Source: Deltaproteobacteria bacterium
Lineage (GTDB): Bacteria; Myxococcota; Kuafuiibacteriia; Kuafuiibacteriales; Kuafuiibacteriaceae
Direction of reading: 5' to 3'
DNA: 64,000 nt
Assembly: GCA_040218735.1 (NCBI GenBank)
Contig: JAVJQW010000011.1
Coordinates: 128,001 to 192,000, forward strand
Under the pieces are notes generated by a model, which saw nothing but the letters and a program-made list of their open reading frames with translations, was not told the DNA's origin and made no database searches. Within the stretch, counting starts at the first letter, position 1; the number at the start of each line of letters is the position of its first letter. Of the stretch, positions 17,794 to 26,206 are shown piece by piece. The translations under genes and the position numbers were made by a program.

Positions 17794-18828
17794 CTATCGG
17801 AGGACGTCGAAGACCGACACCACCACGATGAGCGCGGCGAGCAGGACGAACCCTCCGCCGTGGACCCAGGCCTCCACCCGCGAGTCGACCGGACGCCGCC
17901 GGATCAACCCGACGAGCAGGAACAAGAGCCGCGAACCGTCCAGGGCCGGGATGGGGAGGAGGTTGAAGATACCGAGCGCGATGGAGATGGCCGCCGCGAA
18001 GCTGAGGGCGTCGATCCAGGAGCGCTCGAACGCCCCGCCCATGGTCTTCACGATGCCGATCGGTCCGGAGACGTCGTCGATCCCGAAGACCCCGTCGATC
18101 ATCCCGGCGATCATCTTGAACGGGCTCTTGGTCCACTCGACGGTCCGACTCCAGGACTTGGCGAGCGCGTCCCCCACCGACAGGGGCGCGGCCTTCTTCT
18201 CGGTCGGCGCGAAACCGACGCCGACGCGCCAGCCCTCCCCGACCTTCTGCGGCGTCACCGTCACGACCTTCGTCTCGCTCTCGCGCCGCACGTCGAACGC
18301 GATGGCGGCCCCGCCGGAGTCGTCGATGGCCTTCAGGAAGTCCTCGACCGTCTCGAACGGCTTCCCGGCCACGCCGGTCAACAGGTCGCCCTTCTGCAAT
18401 CCGGCGGTCTCGGCGGGGGAGTCGGCGCTGACCGCGGTGACCTCGATCGGCGGCAGCGGCTCGTAGTTGAACGCCACCAGGAGGCCGAACCACAGCGTGA
18501 AGCCGAGTAGGTAGTTGGCGGCCGGGCCCGCGAGGATGGTCGCGAAGCGCTGGTGGAACGGGCGGCGCAGGTAACTCGTCGGGGCGTCGGGGTCCGTGCC
18601 GTCCTCCGGGTTCATGCCGTCGATCTGGACGAAGCCGCCGAACGGGATCGCGCAGATGGTGAAGGTCGTCTCGTTGCGCGTGACCTTCGCGATGATCGGA
18701 CCGAACCCGATCGAGAAGCGGCTGACGTTCATCCCGCTCCACTTCGCGGCGAAGTAGTGCCCCGACTCGTGGATGATGATCAGCAGGCCGACGGCGACGA
18801 TCGCGAGAGAGACGGAAACCGGATCCAC
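17794..18828 (-). CDS. rseP: RseP-like M50 intramembrane zinc protease with PDZ domain
   Basis: HESGH, FSIGFGP, GGFV, AGPAAN, SPAETAGLQKGD (PDZ) and NLLPIPALDG. Confidence 0.93.
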   Translation of the reverse strand: MDPVSVSLAIVAVGLLIIIHESGHYFAAKWSGMNVSRFSIGFGPIIAKVTRNETTFTICAIPFGGFVQIDGMNPEDGTDPDAPTSYLRRPFHQRFATILAGPAANYLLGFTLWFGLLVAFNYEPLPPIEVTAVSADSPAETAGLQKGDLLTGVAGKPFETVEDFLKAIDDSGGAAIAFDVRRESETKVVTVTPQKVGEGWRVGVGFAPTEKKAAPLSVGDALAKSWSRTVEWTKSPFKMIAGMIDGVFGIDDVSGPIGIVKTMGGAFERSWIDALSFAAAISIALGIFNLLPIPALDGSRLLFLLVGLIRRRPVDSRVEAWVHGGGFVLLAALIVVVSVFDVLR

Positions 18829-18920
18829 GGGCCTAGTAGCCGATGCGTCTGTGCGAACAGTCAAGCCTTGCCAGGTGCGCCGTTCGTGGCGGATATCCTG
18901 CCCCGCCCCCGGTCCGTCCG

Positions 18921-20225
18921 ATGCAGCTGCCGTACGAAGTCACCGTCGCGCTGAGGTACATGCGCTCGCGCAAGAAGGCGGGGATCTCGCTGACCAGCAC
19001 CCTGACCATCTCCGCGTTTGCGCTCGGGGTCACGGCGCTCACCGTGGTGACGTCGGTCTGGAACGGCTTCGAGGCGGAGTTCCTCGACAAGCTCCTCGGC
19101 ATCAACGCCCACGCGGTCGTGCTCAAGCGCGGCGACTTCTTCCGCGACCACGAAGAGGTCGCGGACAAACTCCGCCAGGACCCGAACATCCAGCACGTCG
19201 CCCCGTTTGTGTTCAGCGAGGTCATCGGGCAGAGCGCCAAGGGGATCCAGGGCCTGCTCATCAAGGGCATCGACCCGCGCCACACCATCGGGTCGCCGCT
19301 GGCGAAGTACATCTCCAAGGACGTCGAGCAGCAGCAGGCGGTGCTCGACGCCCTCCCCGTCTCCACGTCGACGTCCGCGCACAAGAAGACGAACCTCCCC
19401 GGCATCCTGATCGGCAACGACCTGCAAGAGGTCTTGCACACGAAGCCGGGCGGCGTGGTGTCGATCGTCTCGCCCTACGGCGGCAAGGGCGGGCAGGCGC
19501 GCACGAAGAGCTTCGAGGTCGTCGGCATCTTCCACTCCGGGATGTTCGAGTTCGACTCGCGGATGGTGTTCATCGATCTGAACGAGGCGCAGGCCTTCTT
19601 CCGGCTCTACGAGAACGTCACCGGCCTCGAGGTGTGGACGAAGGACCCGTTCGAGTCGCGCAACACGGTGTTCGCCGCGGCGCGCACGCTCGACCCCGAG
19701 GACCCCCTCGCCTACGACGTGAAGGACTGGTCGGTGACCAACCGCGGCATCTTCGGCGCTGTGCGGAGTCAGAAGGTGCTGATCAGCATCGTGCTGTTCT
19801 TCATCGTGATCGTGGCGTCGTTCATGATCCTCGCGACGCTGATCCTCCTGATCCTCGAAAAGGATCGCGAAGTCGCGATCCTGAAGGCGCTCGGCGCGAC
19901 CAACCAATCCATCCGGCGCATCTTCCTGTTGGACGGTCAGATCATCGGCCTCGTCGGCTGCGCGTTCGGCGTGGGGCTCGGACTGGCCGTGTGCGCGGTG
20001 CTCGAAGAGTACGGGCTGAAGCTCGACCCGCGTGTCTACTACCTCGAGCACCTCCCGATCGTCGTGCGCACGCACGAGATCATCGGGGTGTGCGTCGGCG
20101 CGATGATCCTCGCGACGCTCGCGGCGATCATCCCCGCGTGGGCGGCGTCGCGCATGCGGCCCGTCGACGGGCTGACCCGACGCGCGCAGGTGAAGGCCCC
20201 GGCGACCGAAGCGCCGAAGATCTGA
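18921..20225 (+). CDS. LolC/E-family lipoprotein-releasing ABC permease
   Basis: ALRY...LGVTALTVVTSVWNGF, VVGIFHSGMFEFD, REVAILKALGA and VYYLEHLP. Confidence 0.9.
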   Translation: MQLPYEVTVALRYMRSRKKAGISLTSTLTISAFALGVTALTVVTSVWNGFEAEFLDKLLGINAHAVVLKRGDFFRDHEEVADKLRQDPNIQHVAPFVFSEVIGQSAKGIQGLLIKGIDPRHTIGSPLAKYISKDVEQQQAVLDALPVSTSTSAHKKTNLPGILIGNDLQEVLHTKPGGVVSIVSPYGGKGGQARTKSFEVVGIFHSGMFEFDSRMVFIDLNEAQAFFRLYENVTGLEVWTKDPFESRNTVFAAARTLDPEDPLAYDVKDWSVTNRGIFGAVRSQKVLISIVLFFIVIVASFMILATLILLILEKDREVAILKALGATNQSIRRIFLLDGQIIGLVGCAFGVGLGLAVCAVLEEYGLKLDPRVYYLEHLPIVVRTHEIIGVCVGAMILATLAAIIPAWAASRMRPVDGLTRRAQVKAPATEAPKI

Positions 20226-20244
20226 TCTGCTACGGTCTCGGCCG

Positions 20245-20799
20245 ATGGGCCTGCTCTCAGACTTCAAACAATTCGTCCTCCGCGGAAACATCACCGACCT
20301 CGCGATCGGCTTCACGGTCGGCGCGGCGTTCACCACCGTCGTGAAGTCCGCGGTCGAAGACCTCGTGATGCCGCCGGTCGGATTGCTCGTCGGTGAGGTC
20401 GACTTCACGCAGCAGTTCTGGGTCCTCGCGCCGGGCAAGAACGGCGAGGCCGCGTTCGAGACGATGGCGCAGGCGAAGGCCGCCGGTGCGGTGACGCTGA
20501 ACTACGGCAACTTCATCAACAACTGCATCGCGCTGCTCGTCGTCGCGCTCGTGATGTTCGCGGTCGTGAAGTTCATCCGGCGTGTCGAGACGCAGATGGA
20601 GGAGGAAGCAGGCGGCGAGGCAAAGGCGCCCGAGGAGCCGGCGAACAAGAAGTGCCCCTTCTGCCTCGAGACGATCGCCTTCAAGGCGGTGCGCTGCCCC
20701 GAGTGCACGAGTGAGCTCGACGGCTTCCGCGCGCGGCGCGACAAGCCTGGGGTCGCGCTCAACGAGATGGGTGCCGCGGCGGACCAAAGTTCTCCGTAG
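20245..20799 (+). CDS. mscL: Large-conductance mechanosensitive channel with C-terminal zinc ribbon
   Basis: FKQFVLRGNITDLAIG, VMPPVG and YGNFIN; tail KKCPFC...RCPECTS. Confidence 0.93.
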   Translation: MGLLSDFKQFVLRGNITDLAIGFTVGAAFTTVVKSAVEDLVMPPVGLLVGEVDFTQQFWVLAPGKNGEAAFETMAQAKAAGAVTLNYGNFINNCIALLVVALVMFAVVKFIRRVETQMEEEAGGEAKAPEEPANKKCPFCLETIAFKAVRCPECTSELDGFRARRDKPGVALNEMGAAADQSSP

Positions 20800-21319
20800 A
20801 GAACTTGAACACCGCGACGTCGTCGCCCAGGTAGGCGTCCTGCGGGAGGCCCGCCTTCTCGCAGGTCATCGCGGCGAAGGTGCGCGCCGACCATTCCCGC
20901 TCGGCGGCGACCTGAGGGAGCAAGAGCCCGCGGCGCCCGCGGCCCTCGACGACGAGGCCGTCGCGACCCACGCGGATCTCGTCGATCGATTCGATCGGCT
21001 CGAGCGGGTTCAGGACCGAGATCTCGATCTCGAGGTCGTCGACCTCGGCCTCCACGACCGGCTCGAACCGCGGATCACGCAGCGCCGCGGCGCGGGCCAT
21101 GTCGGCGACGGCTTCGTGGAGCGGCTTCGTCGCGGCGGTGGTCCCCACGCAGCCGCGCAGCGCGCCCTCGGCGGTGTGGAGCGTGACGAACACGGCGCGC
21201 GGTGCGTCGAGGATCGCGTCCCCGTCGGGGCGCGGGATCTGCGCGCCGTCCCCGCGCGCGGCGGCGGCGACGGACCGACGCGCGAGGTCCAGGAGCTGGT
21301 GGTGAACCGCGGGCTCCAT
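20759..21319 (-). CDS. amrA: AMMECR1 / AmmeMemoRadiSam system protein A
   Basis: VFVTL, LRGCVG, DPRF, EISVL, GLLLPQVA and CEKAGL. Confidence 0.92.
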   Translation of the reverse strand: MEPAVHHQLLDLARRSVAAAARGDGAQIPRPDGDAILDAPRAVFVTLHTAEGALRGCVGTTAATKPLHEAVADMARAAALRDPRFEPVVEAEVDDLEIEISVLNPLEPIESIDEIRVGRDGLVVEGRGRRGLLLPQVAAEREWSARTFAAMTCEKAGLPQDAYLGDDVAVFKFSTENFGPPRHPSR

Positions 21320-21402
21320 CGTGCATTCGACCGTAGCGAATGGGGGCCGGTCCGACCAGGGATCGAACTTGGCGATCGGTTGCGGTATGAAGGGAGGGAG
21401 GC

Positions 21403-22335
21403 GTGCGCGACCAGCTCGATTTCGGTCTGGCGACGACCGACGCGCCCGCGGATCCGGATCGGACCGCGCGGCGACGGCGGCGGGCCCCCGTCGCTCGAAC
21501 GGCGCCCCAGCTCGCGCTGCCGCTGCGGGCGAAGGTGCAGGTCGCGACGGTCGATCCCGCCGACGTCGCCGACGCGCCCGACGACGCCGACGCGCCCGAC
21601 GGCGCCGATCCGTCCGACGTGGCGGACCGTCCCGACGTGGCCGACCCGACGCCGACGCTCCGTGGGAAGGTCCGCATCGAACAGGTCGCGCGGCGGGTGC
21701 TCGGACCGCGGGTCATCGTCACGCTCACGAAGAACCGCTCGACGATGATCTCCTGCCGCTCGAAGAAGGGCGTGGTGTACCTCCGCATCCACGCGATCTT
21801 CGCGGAGGCCCCGGAGGACGTGCTCGTCGCAGCGGTCCACTACGTCACCGGCAACCGGACGTCGCCGCGCGACGAAGCGAAGATCGACGCGTACATCGAG
21901 AAACACCGCGAGGTCGTGAAGCGCCCGGCGAAGGAGGCGATCCTCCAGCCGCACGGCGAGGTGCACGACCTCGAAGCGATGTACGACGACATGAACGCGC
22001 GCTACTTCGACGGCCGAATCACCGCGCGCATCACCTGGTCGCGCGCGCTGAAGAACCAGAAGCGACGCTCGATGCGGCTCGGCTCCTACTGCGACGAGAC
22101 GAAGATCATCCGCATCCACCCGGCGCTCGATCAGGCGTTCGTCCCCGCCTACTTCGTCGCATCGGTGGTCTTCCACGAGATGCTGCACGAGGTGCACGGC
22201 GCCCCGGAGCACCCCGAGAGCGGCCGCCGCGAAGTCCACACCCCCGCGTTCCTCGCGGACGAACGTAAGTTCGCGGACTACGAGCGCGCGCGAAAGTGGG
22301 AAGCGAAGCACTTGTCGCGCCTGCTGCGCTACTGA
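21403..22335 (+). CDS. SprT-like zinc metalloprotease with acidic repeat N-terminus
   Basis: N-x-x-YF, LGSY, IRIHPALD, FHEMLH and H-x-x-x-F motifs. Confidence 0.82.
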   Translation: MRDQLDFGLATTDAPADPDRTARRRRRAPVARTAPQLALPLRAKVQVATVDPADVADAPDDADAPDGADPSDVADRPDVADPTPTLRGKVRIEQVARRVLGPRVIVTLTKNRSTMISCRSKKGVVYLRIHAIFAEAPEDVLVAAVHYVTGNRTSPRDEAKIDAYIEKHREVVKRPAKEAILQPHGEVHDLEAMYDDMNARYFDGRITARITWSRALKNQKRRSMRLGSYCDETKIIRIHPALDQAFVPAYFVASVVFHEMLHEVHGAPEHPESGRREVHTPAFLADERKFADYERARKWEAKHLSRLLRY

Positions 22336-22403
22336 CAACGCACCGACCTGCGAACCTTCTTACGGTTGTGCTTCACCAACCGGCGCTTCTACATTGCGCC
22401 GCG

Positions 22404-23078
22404 ATGTCCTGGACCACGATGGCCCTGCTCTCGATGCTCGCGACCGCCTACGGGGAGGCGGACGCCGGCAAGAAGGTCTTCCACGACGCGGGCCTCGGCA
22501 CGCGCGGCGTCTCCTGCGCGCACTGCCACGCGACGGAGGAAGACGAGAACACCGGTGACGGGCTGATCCGCGCCGGGCACACGCTCTTCGGCGTCGCCAA
22601 GCGCGGGGCGTGGCGCGGGGACACCAAGCGGAAGAAGTTCGCCACGCTGAGCGAAGCCGTCGACGAGTGTGTGCGGCTCTTCATGGGCACCGACGGCCTG
22701 GAGGGCGCCGACAAGATCACACTCGCCGCGTACCTCAAGTCGATCTCCAAGAAGAAGAAGGCTCGCCCCGATCTCGACACCGGCCTCGTCCCCAACAACG
22801 ACTACGACCGCCCCGAGTTCAACAACGGCGACGCCGACCGCGGCCGACCGCTCTTCTTCGCGGCGTGCCACTCGTGCCACCCGAGCGCCAAGGCCGGCAT
22901 CGCGCCGAGCCTCGAGAAGAGCAGCGTCGCGCTCGTCGCCCAGAAGGTTCGCGAGGGCAACGGTCTGCTCCGCGGCTCCCGCAAACCCGGCGAGTGGATG
23001 CCGTCCTTCGGACGCGAGCGCCTCACGGACCAGCAGGTCGCCGACATCGCGGCGTACGTGCAGACGACCCGCCCGTAA
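22404..23078 (+). CDS. Diheme c-type cytochrome (TsdA/SoxA-like first domain)
   Basis: Signal peptide, CAHCH and CHSCH heme sites, a lone Cys in VDECVRLFMG, and Met in WMPSF. Confidence 0.85.
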   Translation: MSWTTMALLSMLATAYGEADAGKKVFHDAGLGTRGVSCAHCHATEEDENTGDGLIRAGHTLFGVAKRGAWRGDTKRKKFATLSEAVDECVRLFMGTDGLEGADKITLAAYLKSISKKKKARPDLDTGLVPNNDYDRPEFNNGDADRGRPLFFAACHSCHPSAKAGIAPSLEKSSVALVAQKVREGNGLLRGSRKPGEWMPSFGRERLTDQQVADIAAYVQTTRP

Positions 23079-23079
23079 C

Positions 23080-23637
23080 TCACTCCTCGGTCGGTGTCCC
23101 CAGCCAAGCGTTCTTCACGCCCGCGGCCACGCACGCATCGAGCAGCTCTTCGAACGCGTCGACGGACGCCGAGCCGAGGTCGAGATCGATCTCCAGCGCC
23201 CCGTCCTCGACCGCCGGATCCGACATGAAGTGCACCACACCGTAAGGCGCGTCGCCCTCTTCGTCCGAGGCGAACCACCGCTCGAACCACGCGACGAACG
23301 GCTCCACCTTCGCGTCGGCCGGCTCGAGGCGCAGCTTCACCGCGTCCCACATGAAGGGCGCGATCTCCACGACGAGGTTCTCGTACTCCAGCTCGCCCGG
23401 CTCGAAGTCGATCATCCGCTCGGAGTCGACCGCGTGCGTCGTGGCGTCTTCGCCGAGGACCGCGATGTCCACGCGCATCCCGAGCCCGTGAGGCCCCTCG
23501 CGCACGAGCGCCCCCGCTTCGTCGCGAAGCGCCGCCTCCATGCGAACGTCGCCCTGCCCCTTCAGCGCCGACGCCGCCGCGACGAGGTCGTCGACGTACA
23601 TCGTGCGGATGTCTTCCAGTAACTCGTTCAGGTTCAC
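23080..23637 (-). CDS. Acidic hypothetical protein
   Basis: Typical codon usage. The GTG start overlaps the cca stop (GTGA). Confidence 0.7.
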   Translation of the reverse strand: MNLNELLEDIRTMYVDDLVAAASALKGQGDVRMEAALRDEAGALVREGPHGLGMRVDIAVLGEDATTHAVDSERMIDFEPGELEYENLVVEIAPFMWDAVKLRLEPADAKVEPFVAWFERWFASDEEGDAPYGVVHFMSDPAVEDGALEIDLDLGSASVDAFEELLDACVAAGVKNAWLGTPTEE

Positions 23638-24824
23638 GTCTTCACCATCGCCAGGGCGCCCTCGCGGTCCACGATGCGCCGCTCCAACACCGCGTCGTCG
23701 ACCGCGCGCAGCAGATCCTTGAAGTGCGGACCGGGCGCCATCCCCAACGCCTTGAGATCGGCGCCCGTCAGCATCGGACGCGCCGGCAGCGGGTCCGCCG
23801 CGATCGCCGCGACCGCCGCGTCGAGGCGTCCGAGCGCCGTGGACTCGTTCGCGCTGACGAGGAAGACCCGCAGCCGCGCGACGTCCTCGTCGGCCGCGAT
23901 GCGCACTACGTCCGCGGAATCCGGCGAAGCCGCGTCACGCAACCGCGCCGCCTGCGCGTGCAACGTCATCGCGCCGCGGATCTGATCGCGGGAGAGCTTC
24001 AGCGCGCGCAGGTCGTCCTCGATCGCCGCCGAGTCGACCGACACGAGCGCCCACGCGACGACGTCACGAACGTCCTCGTCGAGCGGTTCACGCGCCGCCG
24101 CGAAACGATCGAACGCCGCGGCGGAGGCGTCACGCACGAACGGCAACACGTGCGGCAGCAGCGTCGTCGACGCCAACATCCGCAGGCCGTCCCCCGGCCG
24201 CACGGAGCGAAAGATCCCCGTGAGCTCCTGGTTGATGCGCTCCGCGCTCACCGTCGAGATGTGCGGCGCGTTCGCGCGGATCGCCGCGAGCGTCGCGTCC
24301 TCGATTTCTAGCCCGAACCGCACCGCGAAGCGCACCGCGCGCAGCATCCGCAGGCGGTCCTCCGCGAAGCGCTGCGCCGGGTCCCCCACCGCACGCACCA
24401 CCCGGCGATCGAGGTCTTCGCGCCCCCCGACGTAGTCGAGGATCTCGTCGGTACGCGGGTCCATGAGCAGGCCGTTGATCGTGAAGTCGCGCCGCTTCAC
24501 GTCCTCGATCTTCGACTGCGAATAGGACACCGCGTCCGGCCGACGGCCGTCGGAGTAGTCGCCGTCCTCCCGGTACGTCGCGACCTCGTACTCCCGATCG
24601 CGCGGCCACAGCACCTTCACCACGCCGAACGCCGCCCCGACCTGCACGGTGCGCCGGAACAGCTTCGACACCTGCTTCGGCGTCGCGTTCGTGACGATGT
24701 CGTAGTCCTTCGGCTCGACGCCGAGGATCGTGTCGCGCACGCACCCGCCCGCGAAGAACGCCTCGTACCCTGCGTCGCGCAGCACCGCGGCCACCTCGTC
24801 GGCGCCGGTCCTCAGGTGGGTCAT
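23634..24824 (-). CDS. cca: CCA-adding tRNA nucleotidyltransferase (class II)
   Basis: GGCVRD, DYDIVT, flexible loop YREDGDYSDGRRP, RRDFTIN and EDRLRMLRA; no HD domain. Confidence 0.88.
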   Translation of the reverse strand: MTHLRTGADEVAAVLRDAGYEAFFAGGCVRDTILGVEPKDYDIVTNATPKQVSKLFRRTVQVGAAFGVVKVLWPRDREYEVATYREDGDYSDGRRPDAVSYSQSKIEDVKRRDFTINGLLMDPRTDEILDYVGGREDLDRRVVRAVGDPAQRFAEDRLRMLRAVRFAVRFGLEIEDATLAAIRANAPHISTVSAERINQELTGIFRSVRPGDGLRMLASTTLLPHVLPFVRDASAAAFDRFAAAREPLDEDVRDVVAWALVSVDSAAIEDDLRALKLSRDQIRGAMTLHAQAARLRDAASPDSADVVRIAADEDVARLRVFLVSANESTALGRLDAAVAAIAADPLPARPMLTGADLKALGMAPGPHFKDLLRAVDDAVLERRIVDREGALAMVKT

Positions 24825-26206
24825 CAGCGGCCGTAGACGATCGCCGCCGAGCGCGGCTGGTAGCGGCGACGCAAGACGATCTCGCTGTCGCGCTCCGTGT
24901 ACGTGTCGACGGGGTCGGTCGGATAGAGCGACGTGCTCAACGCCGGCGCGTCGGTGATCGCACGACCGACGACGACGGTCAGACCCGGCGGCGATTCTTC
25001 ACTCCCGCGCGCGGGGATCAGGACACTCGTGCCCGCGCCGTCCACGACCGCGGAGAGCGGGTTCTCGAGGGTGTCGCCGAGGACGTTCGACTGCACGCTC
25101 GGTTTGCCGTCGGTCTCCAGGTAGAGGAACAGCGCGACGACGCGGTCGAGGCGGCCCGTGGTCTCACGCACCGCGATGACCGAGGACAGGCCGTCGGCGT
25201 ACGCGGCGACGTTCCCCGTCGCGTCCCCCCCCTCGTAGGAGATCGCGTTGCCGTTGCCGAGCTCGACCGCGGTCACGCGATTGCTGCCCTGCGAGGTGAA
25301 GTAGACGGTGTCGCCGCCGCCGCGCAGGCCGACCCCGCCCGGCTCCGCGACCACGTTGCGGGCCGAGACGTCCATGTCGCCGACGTCGATGAACAACGTC
25401 CCCGGCTCCTGGTCGATCACGAACACGGCGTCGTCTCCGTCCGCGGCCATCGCGCCGTCGAGGAAGCGCCCACCGACGCCCTGCGCGAAGCGGCCGAGGT
25501 TGGTCCCGGCGTCGACGTCGGCGAAGGAGATCAGGTTGCCGCCGCCGATGACCGCAACCGGGCTGCCCTCGGAGGCGAGCGCGAGCTCCTGCGGGCCGTC
25601 GAGCTGGATGGACGTGAAGCCGTGGTCCGCCAGCGAGATGACCCCGAGGTAGCCGACCGCACCGATCTCGTAGGTGACGAGCATCTGTTTGCCACCCCGC
25701 GCGGAGACCCCGCGCGCCACCGCGCCCGCGGGGAGCTCGTACTTCGACACCAGCGCGCGCGTCACGACGTCGACGACGTAGAGCACACTCTCGGGCGCCG
25801 GCACGCCATCGTTGCGGTCTTCGCCGTTGGCGTAGTGCGCGATGTACGCGAGGTTCCTGTGGAGCGGGAACGACACCGAGACGTCGCCTTCGCCGTCGAG
25901 CCGAAGCCGCTCGCCGTACGCGACGACGTTGCCGACCTCGTCGTAGCCGTACGCGCGCACGTCCACCGTCGCCGACTCCGCCGAGATGCCTTCGAAGGTC
26001 GCGGTGCGCGTGGAGAGATCGAGGTCGCGGATGACGTCGTCACCCGTCGCCGACCCCTCCACCACGACACGCACCGAAGCGAGGTTCGCGGACTCGTACG
26101 GGTTCAGGATCGCGACGGCGGACGTCGTCAGCTCGACCGAGATCGACTTCGTCGACTCCCCGCACGCCGCGAGCGCCAACAGGGTCAACAGCGCGCAGCG
26201 TTTCAT
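24824..26206 (-). CDS. Lipoprotein, probable beta-propeller
   Basis: Lipobox ALAAC and beta-strand-rich repeats; overlaps both neighbours' start/stop codons. Confidence 0.72.
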   Translation of the reverse strand: MKRCALLTLLALAACGESTKSISVELTTSAVAILNPYESANLASVRVVVEGSATGDDVIRDLDLSTRTATFEGISAESATVDVRAYGYDEVGNVVAYGERLRLDGEGDVSVSFPLHRNLAYIAHYANGEDRNDGVPAPESVLYVVDVVTRALVSKYELPAGAVARGVSARGGKQMLVTYEIGAVGYLGVISLADHGFTSIQLDGPQELALASEGSPVAVIGGGNLISFADVDAGTNLGRFAQGVGGRFLDGAMAADGDDAVFVIDQEPGTLFIDVGDMDVSARNVVAEPGGVGLRGGGDTVYFTSQGSNRVTAVELGNGNAISYEGGDATGNVAAYADGLSSVIAVRETTGRLDRVVALFLYLETDGKPSVQSNVLGDTLENPLSAVVDGAGTSVLIPARGSEESPPGLTVVVGRAITDAPALSTSLYPTDPVDTYTERDSEIVLRRRYQPRSAAIVYGR

